Assembly (NCBI GenBank): GCA_963675595.2
Contig: CAXXLZ010000002.1
Location: 1,856,001 to 1,920,000, forward strand
Source of the DNA: Thermodesulfobacteriota bacterium
GTDB taxonomy: Bacteria; Desulfobacterota; Desulfarculia; JACQYL01
Reading direction: 5' to 3'
Length of the DNA: 64,000 nucleotides
Shown: positions 32,301 to 40,318 of the stretch, piece by piece
How the letters are laid out: each line of letters starts with the position of its first letter
Numbering within the stretch: position 1 is the stretch's first letter
Notes under the pieces: generated by a model
Databases searched by the model: none
Told to the model about the DNA's origin: nothing
What the model saw: only the letters and a program-made list of their open reading frames with translations
Position numbers and translations under genes: made by a program

Positions 32301-32782
32301 CCGCTCTTCGCCGGTACGGCGGCCCAACTGAAGGGCGCGGCGTCTCTTCCGGTGAAGAAAAGCAGGGCGGGTTGGCCGTAGAGAGCGGCCGCCACATAAA
32401 GATCGCCCTGGTCTTTGGAGGTTCCGGAAACGGTCACCTTGATGGAAAAGGTTTCCCCTCCATAGTAGGCGGTTTGCATGCCTTTGAAGGAAACCTGGGC
32501 GACTTGGGTTGCCGTGGGAGTTACCGGAGAAGCGTCGGAGCCTCGGAACATACCGGGAACCGGCACGGCCCCGGACCGAGCCGCGCGACTTTTTCCGGCC
32601 GTGGAGCCGTCGTCGCCGAGCCTTAAATCCGCGGCCAAAGAAAGGATGGATGAAGGGTTGGTGGATGGGGTTGCGTTGGATTCCGTCGGATCTGTTTCTC
32701 CTCCCCACAACGGGGCGGAAGCCACGCACACCAGAAAGCTTGCCGCCACGGCAAGCAACCGACCGGCGGACCGAAGGCCCAT
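29336..32782 (-). CDS. secreted M4 (thermolysin-family) metallopeptidase with thrombospondin type-3 repeats
   Basis: Signal peptide; propeptide-like QYYQDIPVYG and FVDA; HEFGH, NESGAVAE, GGVHTN; six DNC-containing Asp-rich repeats at about 29940-30519. Confidence 0.88.
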   Translation of the reverse strand: MGLRSAGRLLAVAASFLVCVASAPLWGGETDPTESNATPSTNPSSILSLAADLRLGDDGSTAGKSRAARSGAVPVPGMFRGSDASPVTPTATQVAQVSFKGMQTAYYGGETFSIKVTVSGTSKDQGDLYVAAALYGQPALLFFTGRDAAPFSWAAVPAKSGISVSLDTYTIYTLTLPAEFDGLGFYLYAALLQSGKPISDDAFISNIAVQSVKFVETADDAADGKQANALRVVETLMGTSRLKGRVNQGVVRELDMGIPLDKSGLAEGTTLDDVALGLMTMTSDLLRVSYPLRNLRLLKRTGDEDFKRYHFGQYYQDIPVYGAWYKMVLKEEKDRFVLQSLGGRYSPDLSLSTTTPEIGDQEARIAILKSEGLSSLSELQVLVPPKLWIFDEALLASECPKCPVVEHNPRLAWRIVYSSPEAYGAVTDAFVDALLGGLLYKQPRSDAGFQLNSFTAEGNTSSTCFAWQATRRTEWHDEEGECDYSTHCRYFNYCPLEGFACVSPSSEGYDNFDWSQDLYAFYRDVFGRRSYDGDDSYIWMYLDVGFSPANASSLDCGAWTIHQFSTGMHTIDVVGHEFGHSVHDSETNFVYRNESGAVAEHVADMMGHFFACWVGLDCDWLQGEDTVRANAAGCGRDLSNPVRCGDPDHYSNYVSTSNDHGGVHTNNGILNKAGFLMTDGGTHYSVTVSGIGEEKARQVYYRAVTGELGRNTGFEDFAVDMADACSSLISEGTVDADDCCQVRNAFASVGLGLPDHDCDGVPDDTDTDDDNDLVPDASDNCVLVPNSSQTDTDSDGLGNACDPDDDDDLIPDDVDNCPTRANAGQEDFNGDGRGDACDDTDGDGVRDDVDNCRTTPNGDQADTNGDGEGDECDSDIDGDGIANTSDNCDYDINAGQEDTDGDDVGDACDNCLSVDNYDQNDIDGDGQGDACDDDDDGDGILDEDDNCPEEYTYAGEWSICPEGAFCEWGCDPVWPITPDPASTRWRFGLDELDPVHPAALRPTLALPFNPCAFVPCEAQTLFGEETYLNVSVDMALDLSGEEQTGQAMLFHVAVVDEMGHRFGEGVAMFDNNEFELKAGETIAFSFPIRPSFTWRESGKYTSAEQSDAALPAYYVVITPALAGEEQQKVLSRAPLDMIFHVSVGQALK

Positions 32783-33306
32783 GATTGTCCCTCCTGTTTT
32801 AAGGCATCCTTTATGCTCGTCCGGCGCGGACCCCTCCTTTGGTTCGTGGGAGTCCTCTTCCTCCGGGCGAGTGCAACAGCCCGTTGAAACAGCCCCATTA
32901 TTGCAGACTCATCTCCACTATTTGGGAAGTTCGACGTGAAACCGTCTCTGATGACTCAGCGCAGGCGCAATTTTCCGGAAGCATCGACAACAGCGGAGCA
33001 CAACGGCATCTTCCGTCGCAACCGCGGCCTCTCCGGGAACAAACCGGCACTATCGTATTTCGCGGGGTAATAGTTGATTATAGTTTCAATATCGAAATTC
33101 GATCAATCCCCTTTTGGACGTTTCTGTTCCGCATGGGATGCCGGCGACGAACCCATCGTTTTGACTCACTTGGGCTCCCGAGTGCCGGAACCACACGCCC
33201 TTCAAGACCCTTCACTGCATCCATTCGAAATAGCGTGCGGCGCTTCCGAAAAGGCGCCGCACACACCCCAAGAATTTCCGGTCCCTAATTTCATTCTCAC
33301 ATCAAC

Positions 33307-33404
33307 CTCTCCGCCGAAGGCGGTGAGGCCTGTTTGAAAGGTATTTGAAAAGGGAGCACCGGGGGAACTTCCTCCAAGTTCTCCCCGGTGAATGACTGCC
33401 ATCA
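33307..33404 (+). repeat. family B dispersed repeat, copy 1 (about 97 bp)
   Basis: CTCTCCGCCGAAGGCGGTGAGGCCT...GGGGGAACTT..AAGTTCTCCCC..TGAATGACTGCCATCA; inverted homolog at 56291-56387. Confidence 0.75.
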
Positions 33405-33424
33405 GGACAGGCAAATCGACTCCG

Positions 33425-33550
33425 GCAGGCCGTTGAAAAACGATGAGCTGCAAGGCGCGCGAATCCCGACGAGCAAGGCGTACACGGGAGTACGTCGCAG
33501 TGACGAGGGATGAAGCGCAACGCCGCAGATCGCGTTTTTCGCCGGTCTGC
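33425..33550. mobile_element. family A MITE-like element (126 bp)
   Basis: Imperfect TIRs GCAGGCCGTTGAAAAAC / GTTTTTCGCCGGTCTGC; same-length inverted copy at 54117-54242; abuts the TAG stop of the DASS gene. Confidence 0.8.
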
Positions 33551-35142
33551 TAGACCAGGCCCAGAATCCGCCACCACACGGCGGCCACCAAAATCAGGGC
33601 CGCCAACAGCACCGGCATGACTACGGCGCCTGCCTTGGTGAGGTCCGCCGACCGGAAGTACCGGTAGCTGTAGGCGATGGCATTGGGAGGGCACCCGATG
33701 ACCAGCAGCATGGCGAAAGAGGTGGCCATTCCCAGGCAGAGGGCCAATATACGCGGGTCCACGCCTTCCAGTTGCGCCATGGGAATCACGATAGGGAGAA
33801 TCAGGGCCGCCGCGGCCACATTGGCCATGGCGTTGGTCACCAGGGCCCCGAACACGGCCACCGCGGAAAACAGCAGCAGCCAACCTCCTCCCTGGACATA
33901 CGGGAAGAACAGGTTGGCAAAGTAATCCGCCGCCCCCGAGCTTCCCATGCCCAGGCCCAGGGAGATGCCTCCGCCGAAAATAAACAAGGCCGTGCCCCAT
34001 TCCAGGTGGGTGTGAATGTCTTCCCACTTGAGCACGCCGCCGATGACCAGGGCGGCCACTCCCAGGCTGCCGGTGATGGAATAGTGAAAGCCGTGGAATT
34101 CCTTGGTGAGCCACAACACGAACACAACGGCCGAAATGATCAAGGTCTTCTTTTCCACCGCCGTAAAGGGACCCAACGACTCGTCGAACTTGGGCAGTTT
34201 GTACTGAGGTTCGGGCCGAAACAACAGGTACAACGCGAATACGGACAACGGCACCGTAATGAGGGCGGCGGGCATGGCGAACACGATCCAATCCAGGAAC
34301 GAGATTTCCACGCCTGTGAACTCCTTGAGAAAGGCCGCGGCCACCATGCAGCGGCCGCCGCCCACCAGGGTGCCCATGCCCCCGCACGAGCAGGCGAAGG
34401 GCAAAGAAAGCATCATGAACTTGGCCGTCCTGGTCTGCGGTTCTATGCCGGCGGCACGCATCATGGGAATCATGGTCACGATGCCGATGGCCGTTGCGGC
34501 GGCGTCGTGCATGACGCTGGAGGCGATGCCCAGACCGATGCAAAGCATGAAGGTAAAGCGGGTGACGCTGTCTCCGGCCCGCTTCACGATCCAGTATCCC
34601 ATGCGTTTGGTGAGCCCCGCCTTATCCAGGGCGATGGCGAAAATCAGGCAACACATGATGAACACCACCACCGGGTTCATGTATGGCGCCCACGCGTCCT
34701 TGGTGTTGTTGATCCCCGTGAGCACCAGAAAGACGCCGATGAGCACGGCGGTGATTTCAAGGGGAATGCTCTCCGCCACGAACATGAACACCAGGAATAC
34801 CAGAACGGCCAGGAAGCGTTTTCCCTTGGGCGGAAGCCCGTCCACATAGCCGACTTCCACCTCGGTCAATCCTGCTTCGGCGGCTTGTTTTTCCAGGTAG
34901 CGGGCCGTGGCCTCGGAACTTCCCGGATTTTTCGCCAGGACAATGTAAGGAGCTCCCTTTCTTTCCGGAGTCGCCGCCACGTCGAAAGAAGCGCTTACCC
35001 GAGAAATCAAGGTCAAGACCTGTTGCGAATCTCCTTTGATTTTGAACTTGGTGCCTTCCGGCCTCGGAAGCAGCAACACAATGATCCCCAGCCCCAGGGC
35101 GATGCAGATCTGCACCGTCTTATCGGCCAAGAGCTTTTTCAT
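33550..35142 (-). CDS. DASS/SLC13-family sodium:dicarboxylate or sulfate symporter
   Basis: ESIPLEITA, GGMGTLVG, MANVAAAA, CPPNAIAY; many TM helices. Confidence 0.9.
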   Translation of the reverse strand: MKKLLADKTVQICIALGLGIIVLLLPRPEGTKFKIKGDSQQVLTLISRVSASFDVAATPERKGAPYIVLAKNPGSSEATARYLEKQAAEAGLTEVEVGYVDGLPPKGKRFLAVLVFLVFMFVAESIPLEITAVLIGVFLVLTGINNTKDAWAPYMNPVVVFIMCCLIFAIALDKAGLTKRMGYWIVKRAGDSVTRFTFMLCIGLGIASSVMHDAAATAIGIVTMIPMMRAAGIEPQTRTAKFMMLSLPFACSCGGMGTLVGGGRCMVAAAFLKEFTGVEISFLDWIVFAMPAALITVPLSVFALYLLFRPEPQYKLPKFDESLGPFTAVEKKTLIISAVVFVLWLTKEFHGFHYSITGSLGVAALVIGGVLKWEDIHTHLEWGTALFIFGGGISLGLGMGSSGAADYFANLFFPYVQGGGWLLLFSAVAVFGALVTNAMANVAAAALILPIVIPMAQLEGVDPRILALCLGMATSFAMLLVIGCPPNAIAYSYRYFRSADLTKAGAVVMPVLLAALILVAAVWWRILGLV

Positions 35143-35480
35143 CTCTTTCCCTTTCGAAATCCGAAATCACGCCTTTGGAATTGGTTGTCCCCGGCCGTCA
35201 CCACGTCCGGAGCGTCCGACATCAAATCGATCGCTCCCTTGCGGCCGGCGACGGCACGAACAACGCCGTTATCACATCCACGGAACGCCCTCCCCGTTGG
35301 GGACCCTCCACGACTGCGAAAACTATGATGTCTTTGGAGTTCAGACTCCTCTGGAAAGAATGGAGGGAACCCGCGACGTTACGTGCCTGTAACGCTCGTA
35401 GGCGGCGCTGCGCATCAGGAAGGAGGCACCGAAAAGGCAAATGCGCAACGTTTCCGTGTTCTTGGTTAAGCCGCTGTTGA

Positions 35481-35921
35481 TCAAACTTCGCCCACGCGTC
35501 TGAGCAGGGCGATTTCTTCCGCCTTGCGGATTCTTTCTTCTTGTTCCCACTTACGTTGTCGAGCACCGGCGAGTTTCTCGAGGAGGTCCTTGAAATCGGC
35601 GGGCTTGTTCAAATAGTCGAAGGCGCCCAGCTTCATCCCCTCCACCGCCGTGTCCACGGCTCCATGGCCCGTAAGCAGAATGACTTCCACAATGGGATGC
35701 CGTCGTTTGATTTCCCGTAAGGTTTCGATCCCGTCCATGCCGGGCATCTTAATATCCAAGACCACCACGTCGATATTCGTTGTCTTCAACAATCCCAGGC
35801 ATTCTTCCCCGCTGTAGGTTTTAAACACTCTTTCGCCCGCGTCTTCCAGACGCATGGCGAACATTTCTACAAAGTCTTTTTCGTCGTCCACGACGAGCAC
35901 TTTGGTGGGTATTCTGATCAT
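35481..35921 (-). CDS. stand-alone response regulator receiver protein
   Basis: VLVVDDE, VLDIKMPGMDG, LTGHG, KP. Confidence 0.93.
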   Translation of the reverse strand: MIRIPTKVLVVDDEKDFVEMFAMRLEDAGERVFKTYSGEECLGLLKTTNIDVVVLDIKMPGMDGIETLREIKRRHPIVEVILLTGHGAVDTAVEGMKLGAFDYLNKPADFKDLLEKLAGARQRKWEQEERIRKAEEIALLRRVGEV

Positions 35922-36193
35922 TTTCGTTTCTCCCCAAAGGGCATGGGTTACCGGCGATATTCCCGGCCTTGCCGACGCTGAACGGTCATTCTTCCGACCG
36001 TCGTATTAATTTTCCTCCAAACCCGATTTCCGCGCAAGCCCCCACAATTACACAAGTCTGTAAAAGAAAAACGGGGTATTCGGGCGAAATAAGGTACAGA
36101 TACAAAGCTGGAGGCATGCTCGGGAAAAAGTAGAAGAGGCGGGAATCGTTCGATTGCGAACGCTGTCCCGAGAAATCTTACGAAATATTTGTC

Positions 36194-36223
36194 TTGACTT
36201 TCATGAAGCAGCAGGTGTATTCT
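36194..36223 (+). promoter_or_regulatory. putative sigma70 promoter of the cold-shock gene
   Basis: TTGACT, 18-bp spacer, TATTCT; implies a 5'UTR of about 120 nt. Confidence 0.5.
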
Positions 36224-36348
36224 CCTTTAATCGATAGTGGTCCATTCAAAATGCGGGCCGGTTTCGATCGGAGGGGCGATCCATTCGTCTGAAGTGGCGA
36301 CCTGAAGGTTGGGACTGTGGGAACTTTTTTAATTAGGAGGACGCCACT

Positions 36349-36549
36349 ATGGCCAATGGGGTTGTGAAGTGGTTCAGTGAGAAGAAGGGGTATGGTTTTA
36401 TCGAACAGGAAGACGGCACGGATGTTTTCGTGCATTACTCCGGAATCACCGGTTCCGGATTCAAGACCTTGAATGAAGGCGACCGCGTGACCTTCGAGGT
36501 TGAAAAAGGCAAGAAGGGACCGGCGGCGGTAAATGTGATGGTGGTCTGA
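36349..36549 (+). CDS. csp: cold-shock protein
   Basis: GVVKWF..KGYGFI (RNP1), DVFVHYS (RNP2); AGGAGG RBS. Confidence 0.97.
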   Translation: MANGVVKWFSEKKGYGFIEQEDGTDVFVHYSGITGSGFKTLNEGDRVTFEVEKGKKGPAAVNVMVV

Positions 36550-36589
36550 CTCCGGTAAGCACCGTTTTAGAATATGCGATGAATTTCTC

Positions 36590-36621
36590 GAGCGTCCCCA
36601 TGTAGGGGACGCTCTTTTTTT
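36590..36621 (+). terminator. intrinsic terminator of csp
   Basis: GAGCGTCCCC-ATGTA-GGGGACGCTC followed by a T run. Confidence 0.85.
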
Positions 36622-36736
36622 GCCGGTTCGGAGAGCATCCGGGAGAATCCTTTTAGCGGCAAAGGGGTTTCCTTTGAACCCATTCGCGCTTTGCCCCCCT
36701 TCCTCACCGGAAGCCCCGAACGTTCGGCGAAATCGA

Positions 36737-36964
36737 TCACCCGCCGCTCGATTCCAGCACGAGATGGCTCCGTTGCTTCCCCTTGTCCGTCCAAAGATGA
36801 ACGACCCGGTATCCGGGCTCGTTCACCCAAAGGGCGAGTCGGTCGTACACCCGGTCTCCCCAGACGCGCAGGGTTCCTGCGAGCGATTTCCCGGCTTCGC
36901 AGGGAATCTCCACCAATAGTCGGTCGGGACGATCACGCGCCGAGCAGTCTTCCCGCGGATGCAT
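36737..36964 (-). CDS. small hypothetical protein (75 aa)
   Basis: GC-rich third positions, GAGG just upstream of ATG, fills the csp-cupin gap. Confidence 0.45.
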   Translation of the reverse strand: MHPREDCSARDRPDRLLVEIPCEAGKSLAGTLRVWGDRVYDRLALWVNEPGYRVVHLWTDKGKQRSHLVLESSGG

Positions 36965-37124
36965 CAGAGCCCTCAGCTCTTCGGAAGCCGCCTCACGGAC
37001 GGACGGGCCTTTTCAACGCGTCTTTCGGTTGACGAACATTCCCGGCGGAAATGCCTATTGACTCCCTTTTTCTATTCAAATAAGAACTTGCATGCAAACG
37101 ACTTTTTATCGGAAAGGAACTTCC

Positions 37125-37457
37125 ATGGCTTTTCACGACATTTCACAACTAGCCCCCAAGAATCTCGCCGAAGGCATCCGTATCCGCTTCGTCCCCGGCG
37201 AACAGATGATGATGGTATTCTATGATCTGGATGCCGGCGCCGTCATTCCAGAGCATTCCCACCCCCATGAGCAGATCGGGCTGGTCCTCCAAGGAAGCCT
37301 CGAAATCGTCATCGATGGGGAGCGCAAGCTGGTCCACGCCGGAGAGGCGGCCTACCACGTGCCCGGCGGGGTGGTTCATTCGGCCCTGTGCGGGGATCAG
37401 CCGGTTAAGGTGGTGGAAGTGTTCAGCCCGCCTCGCGAAGATTTTCTGGCCCTTTGA
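37125..37457 (+). CDS. cupin-domain protein
   Basis: PEHSHPHEQ..V.QG and P.GVVHSA metal-binding motifs; VFSPPREDF. Confidence 0.92.
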   Translation: MAFHDISQLAPKNLAEGIRIRFVPGEQMMMVFYDLDAGAVIPEHSHPHEQIGLVLQGSLEIVIDGERKLVHAGEAAYHVPGGVVHSALCGDQPVKVVEVFSPPREDFLAL

Positions 37458-37487
37458 CGCGCACGGCGCCCGGTTGTCATTTAGTGC

Positions 37488-37516
37488 TTGACAGGCTTCC
37501 GGGGGAATGTCATCTT
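37488..37516 (+). promoter_or_regulatory. putative promoter of the tRNA pair
   Basis: TTGACA, 17-bp spacer ending TGn, CATCTT. Confidence 0.5.
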
Positions 37517-37539
37517 TAGCTTTTCGCCGAAGGCCATGT

Positions 37540-37615
37540 GGGCCGTTAACTCAGGCGGTAGAGTATCTGCCTTTTAAGCAGAGAGTCGCAGGTTCGAGCC
37601 CTGCACGGCCCACCA
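37540..37615 (+). tRNA. tRNA-Lys(TTT)
   Basis: Cloverleaf: GGGCCGT/ACGGCCC acceptor stem, TCTGC-CTTTTAA-GCAGA anticodon arm, GTTCGA T-loop, CCA. Confidence 0.97.
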
Positions 37616-37683
37616 AAAATCGACGATGTTCATCGGGGTCCCGCCGACCTGGAACCCCGGAATAAAGAATCAAGTTTTCCGCC

Positions 37684-37761
37684 GTCCCCATCGTCTAGCC
37701 AGGTCCAGGACACCGGCCTTTCACGCCGGCGACAGGGGTTCGAATCCCCTTGGGGACGCCA
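37684..37761 (+). tRNA. tRNA-Glu(TTC)
   Basis: GTCCCCA/TGGGGAC acceptor stem, CCGGC-CTTTCAC-GCCGG anticodon arm, GTTCGAA T-loop, CCA. Confidence 0.97.
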
Positions 37762-37774
37762 ATTTGAAAATTTT

Positions 37775-37802
37775 AGGGCAGCTTCGGCTGCCCTTTTTTT
37801 TG
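37775..37802 (+). terminator. intrinsic terminator after the tRNAs
   Basis: AGGGCAGC-TTCG-GCTGCCCT followed by a T run. Confidence 0.88.
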
Positions 37803-38011
37803 CCTGATAGGAAAGAAAAAAATCAGTCGAATTTTGAAAAAGCAGGGCATGTCGATTTCACCGAACACTGTGATCGCGGTTTTGGAAAGAAATGCATGAT
37901 TTTTTCGAGATGAGAGGGAACACTTATACCGCTATTCATCCGACATGGAACGCTTGGTCCTCAGGACCAGGTCAGAGTGCAGAGGCTTCGCCCTATGTAA
38001 ATGTGTATTGT

Positions 38012-38773
38012 TTATATCCGGCCTAAAAAACGCAGTAATCCATCGAAAATGGTCAAAGGATGCGGCGGACAGCCCGGAATGAATAAATCAACCGGTAAAA
38101 TGCCACCCGCACCGTTACATTGCTCGGGGTGATCACCAAATATACCGCCTGAAATGGCGCAAGTTCCGACCGCAATGACAATTTTAGGGGAAGGAACCGC
38201 AGCGTATGTTTTTTCAAGCGCCAGTTTCATGTTTTGAGTGACTGGACCGGTAATCAGCAGGCCGTCGGCATGGCGTGGCGAGGCCACGAACTGAATCCCC
38301 ATGCGGCCCATGTCCCAGGCCGGCGTGCCGAGTACATTGCTGTCGGCTTCACAGGCATTGCAGCCACCCGCTGATACCTGCCTGAGTTTGAGCGATCTGG
38401 AAAACAGCCTGGCAGCCAAAATATGCCGGATATTTTCCGGTACGGACGGATGGTCTGAAACAACCAGATCGTTTCGTGATATCGCGGCCAGCCGGTAATC
38501 CGAGTTAAACCGGATGTTGTTTGAAGGACAGGCGGTTTGGCAGGCAAGGCAAAAAATGCATTTTCCGGTATCGATTGTCGGGTAATCATTCTCATTGGAA
38601 AACGTAATCGCACCGGTCGGGCAGTTTGTCCGACATTCCTTGCAACCGCGGATGCAGTTACGCCCGATCACCGGTCGGCCGGCAAAACGATCCGGAAGTT
38701 TCGGCGCTATGCCATTGGGAAAAGCCATGGTGCGATATTTTTGTTGAAACCGTGTTTTGATGATCCTTAGCAT
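38012..38773 (-). CDS. Ehr small subunit: 2x[4Fe-4S] ferredoxin fused to a NuoB/HyfI-like domain
   Basis: CxxxCxxCxxxCP and CxxCxxCxxxCP, then GGCNACE, SPRHAD, GTCA.SGG, PGCPP. Confidence 0.9.
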   Translation of the reverse strand: MLRIIKTRFQQKYRTMAFPNGIAPKLPDRFAGRPVIGRNCIRGCKECRTNCPTGAITFSNENDYPTIDTGKCIFCLACQTACPSNNIRFNSDYRLAAISRNDLVVSDHPSVPENIRHILAARLFSRSLKLRQVSAGGCNACEADSNVLGTPAWDMGRMGIQFVASPRHADGLLITGPVTQNMKLALEKTYAAVPSPKIVIAVGTCAISGGIFGDHPEQCNGAGGILPVDLFIPGCPPHPLTIFDGLLRFLGRI

Positions 38774-38803
38774 GGACGAATGATTCTCCTCGGAAACGGT
38801 CGA

Positions 38804-40318
38804 TTATTGATCATGACCACAGTATGAAAGGTTGAAGCTTTTATTGCACAACGGAAAATCAGAAATCTGCTGGTGTCGCAAAGCAAGCGCCAGGCCGAAC
38901 CAGTTGTGGAAGGACGGGTCGACGACCTTGTAAAAGGAAAATCGTCCCTTCTGATCCGTGGCCGCGGCATGGCAGATTTCTCCCCGCCAGCCTTCAACCA
39001 GACTGACGGTGAAATACCCCTGCCGGACATCGGGTAATTCCTTTTCGGTTTTTCCTTCGGGCAATTCATGCAACTGCTGCTGAATAAATGCCAGCGATTG
39101 TTGGATTTCAAGCCGTCGGACATAGGCGCGGCCGAAACAGTCGCCACTGGTCCAAGTGCTTACAGGCAGTTGTCTTAGACGATACATGCCATATGGGAAT
39201 TCCTGCCGGATATCATATTCCAGGCCGCAGGCCCGGGCGGCCACACCAACCAGCCCGATGCGACGGGCGGTTTCAGTGGTAAGCGTCCCGGTTCGTTCAA
39301 ATCTGGCCAGTACGGAAGGCGTGCCAAACATCAGTTCGATGGCACTTGTCGCATCCTGTTCAATCGCTTCAAGCCGGCTCGAAAGATGGTTAAGTAACTT
39401 TGAATTCAGATCAAATGCAATGCCTCCCGGCCGCACCAGTCCACGGCCGAACCGGTTGCCGCATAGGTCGGCGGTCAGGTTTAACACGTCACCGCGGATA
39501 CGTCCGCAATAATTCATCGTCGGCAAGAATCCGACGTCTCCAGCCAAAGCGCCGAGATCGCCGATGTGATTGGCCAGACGTTCCAATTCAGAGGCAATTG
39601 CTCGAATCGCTTCGGCGCGGGCCGGGGCCTGGATTTCGGACAATGCTTCAAGATTATGAACGTAAGCGGTAGCATGACCGACGGTCGTGTCGCCGGCGAG
39701 TGTTTCCATATAATGACGGCTTAGCGGTGTCGGACCGCCCGTCATCGCCCGCTCGATTCCACGGTGTTGATATCCCAAAGATATTTCAAGGTGAAAAACG
39801 GTTTCTCCATGACATAAAAAACGGAAATGGCCGGGCTCGATGACGCCCGCATGCACCGGCCCGACCGCCACTTCATGCCCTTCATTGCCGCTCATGGAAA
39901 AAAACTCTGTTTGACCGATGGGCGCCGACTGGGGTTGATCCGGAGGTAACCGATGGGAAGGTGTAAACCGGATTGGTTTCAGCCATGGATGACCCTCCGG
40001 TACACCATGCCATTGTTCGGCAATCTCTCTTTCAAACCAATGAAATGACGGACAGTCCGGCGTTAGCGAGAGCCATCGTTGGGATAACTCACTGGATAAA
40101 ATCCCCAACTCGGCGGTTTGCGGAAAAGCCAACACCGCCAACACATTCAGTTGATCTCCTGTTTCAGACGGCCAGACCGGCATGGCCGAAATTCTAGCGC
40201 TTTTCTCAACCGCATCGATGAGAACGTTTCGGAACAACTTAAAAGGCACTTGGGGGATGGATGCCATGGGCACGGCTTCACCGTTTCCCATCAGTAAAAA
40301 AGGATCGGATGCAGCCAT
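38804..40318 (-). CDS. Ehr large subunit (NuoCD/HyfG-like) lacking Ni-binding CxxC motifs
   Basis: FEREI, GPVHAGVIEPGHFRF, YQHRG, ELERLANH, VEGWRG, DPSFHNW, DFPLCNKSFNLSY. Confidence 0.9.
   Translation of the reverse strand: MAASDPFLLMGNGEAVPMASIPQVPFKLFRNVLIDAVEKSARISAMPVWPSETGDQLNVLAVLAFPQTAELGILSSELSQRWLSLTPDCPSFHWFEREIAEQWHGVPEGHPWLKPIRFTPSHRLPPDQPQSAPIGQTEFFSMSGNEGHEVAVGPVHAGVIEPGHFRFLCHGETVFHLEISLGYQHRGIERAMTGGPTPLSRHYMETLAGDTTVGHATAYVHNLEALSEIQAPARAEAIRAIASELERLANHIGDLGALAGDVGFLPTMNYCGRIRGDVLNLTADLCGNRFGRGLVRPGGIAFDLNSKLLNHLSSRLEAIEQDATSAIELMFGTPSVLARFERTGTLTTETARRIGLVGVAARACGLEYDIRQEFPYGMYRLRQLPVSTWTSGDCFGRAYVRRLEIQQSLAFIQQQLHELPEGKTEKELPDVRQGYFTVSLVEGWRGEICHAAATDQKGRFSFYKVVDPSFHNWFGLALALRHQQISDFPLCNKSFNLSYCGHDQ

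Noticed and set aside
35251-35268. GG-N10-GC sigma54-like motif (CGGCACGAACAACGC)
   Set aside because: On the strand opposite the flanking genes and lacks TTGC
33772-35328. 518-aa plus-strand ORF (similarly 21562-23073, 25287-26708, 29795-31330, 62163-63878)
   Set aside because: Antisense to well-supported genes
37740-37761. tRNA-Glu 3' end as an att site with a downstream duplicate
   Set aside because: No duplicate of the 3' end and no integrase found by eye in the window
38804-40318. Annotation as a true [NiFe] hydrogenase-4 or formate hydrogenlyase
   Set aside because: Both Ni-binding CxxC motifs are absent
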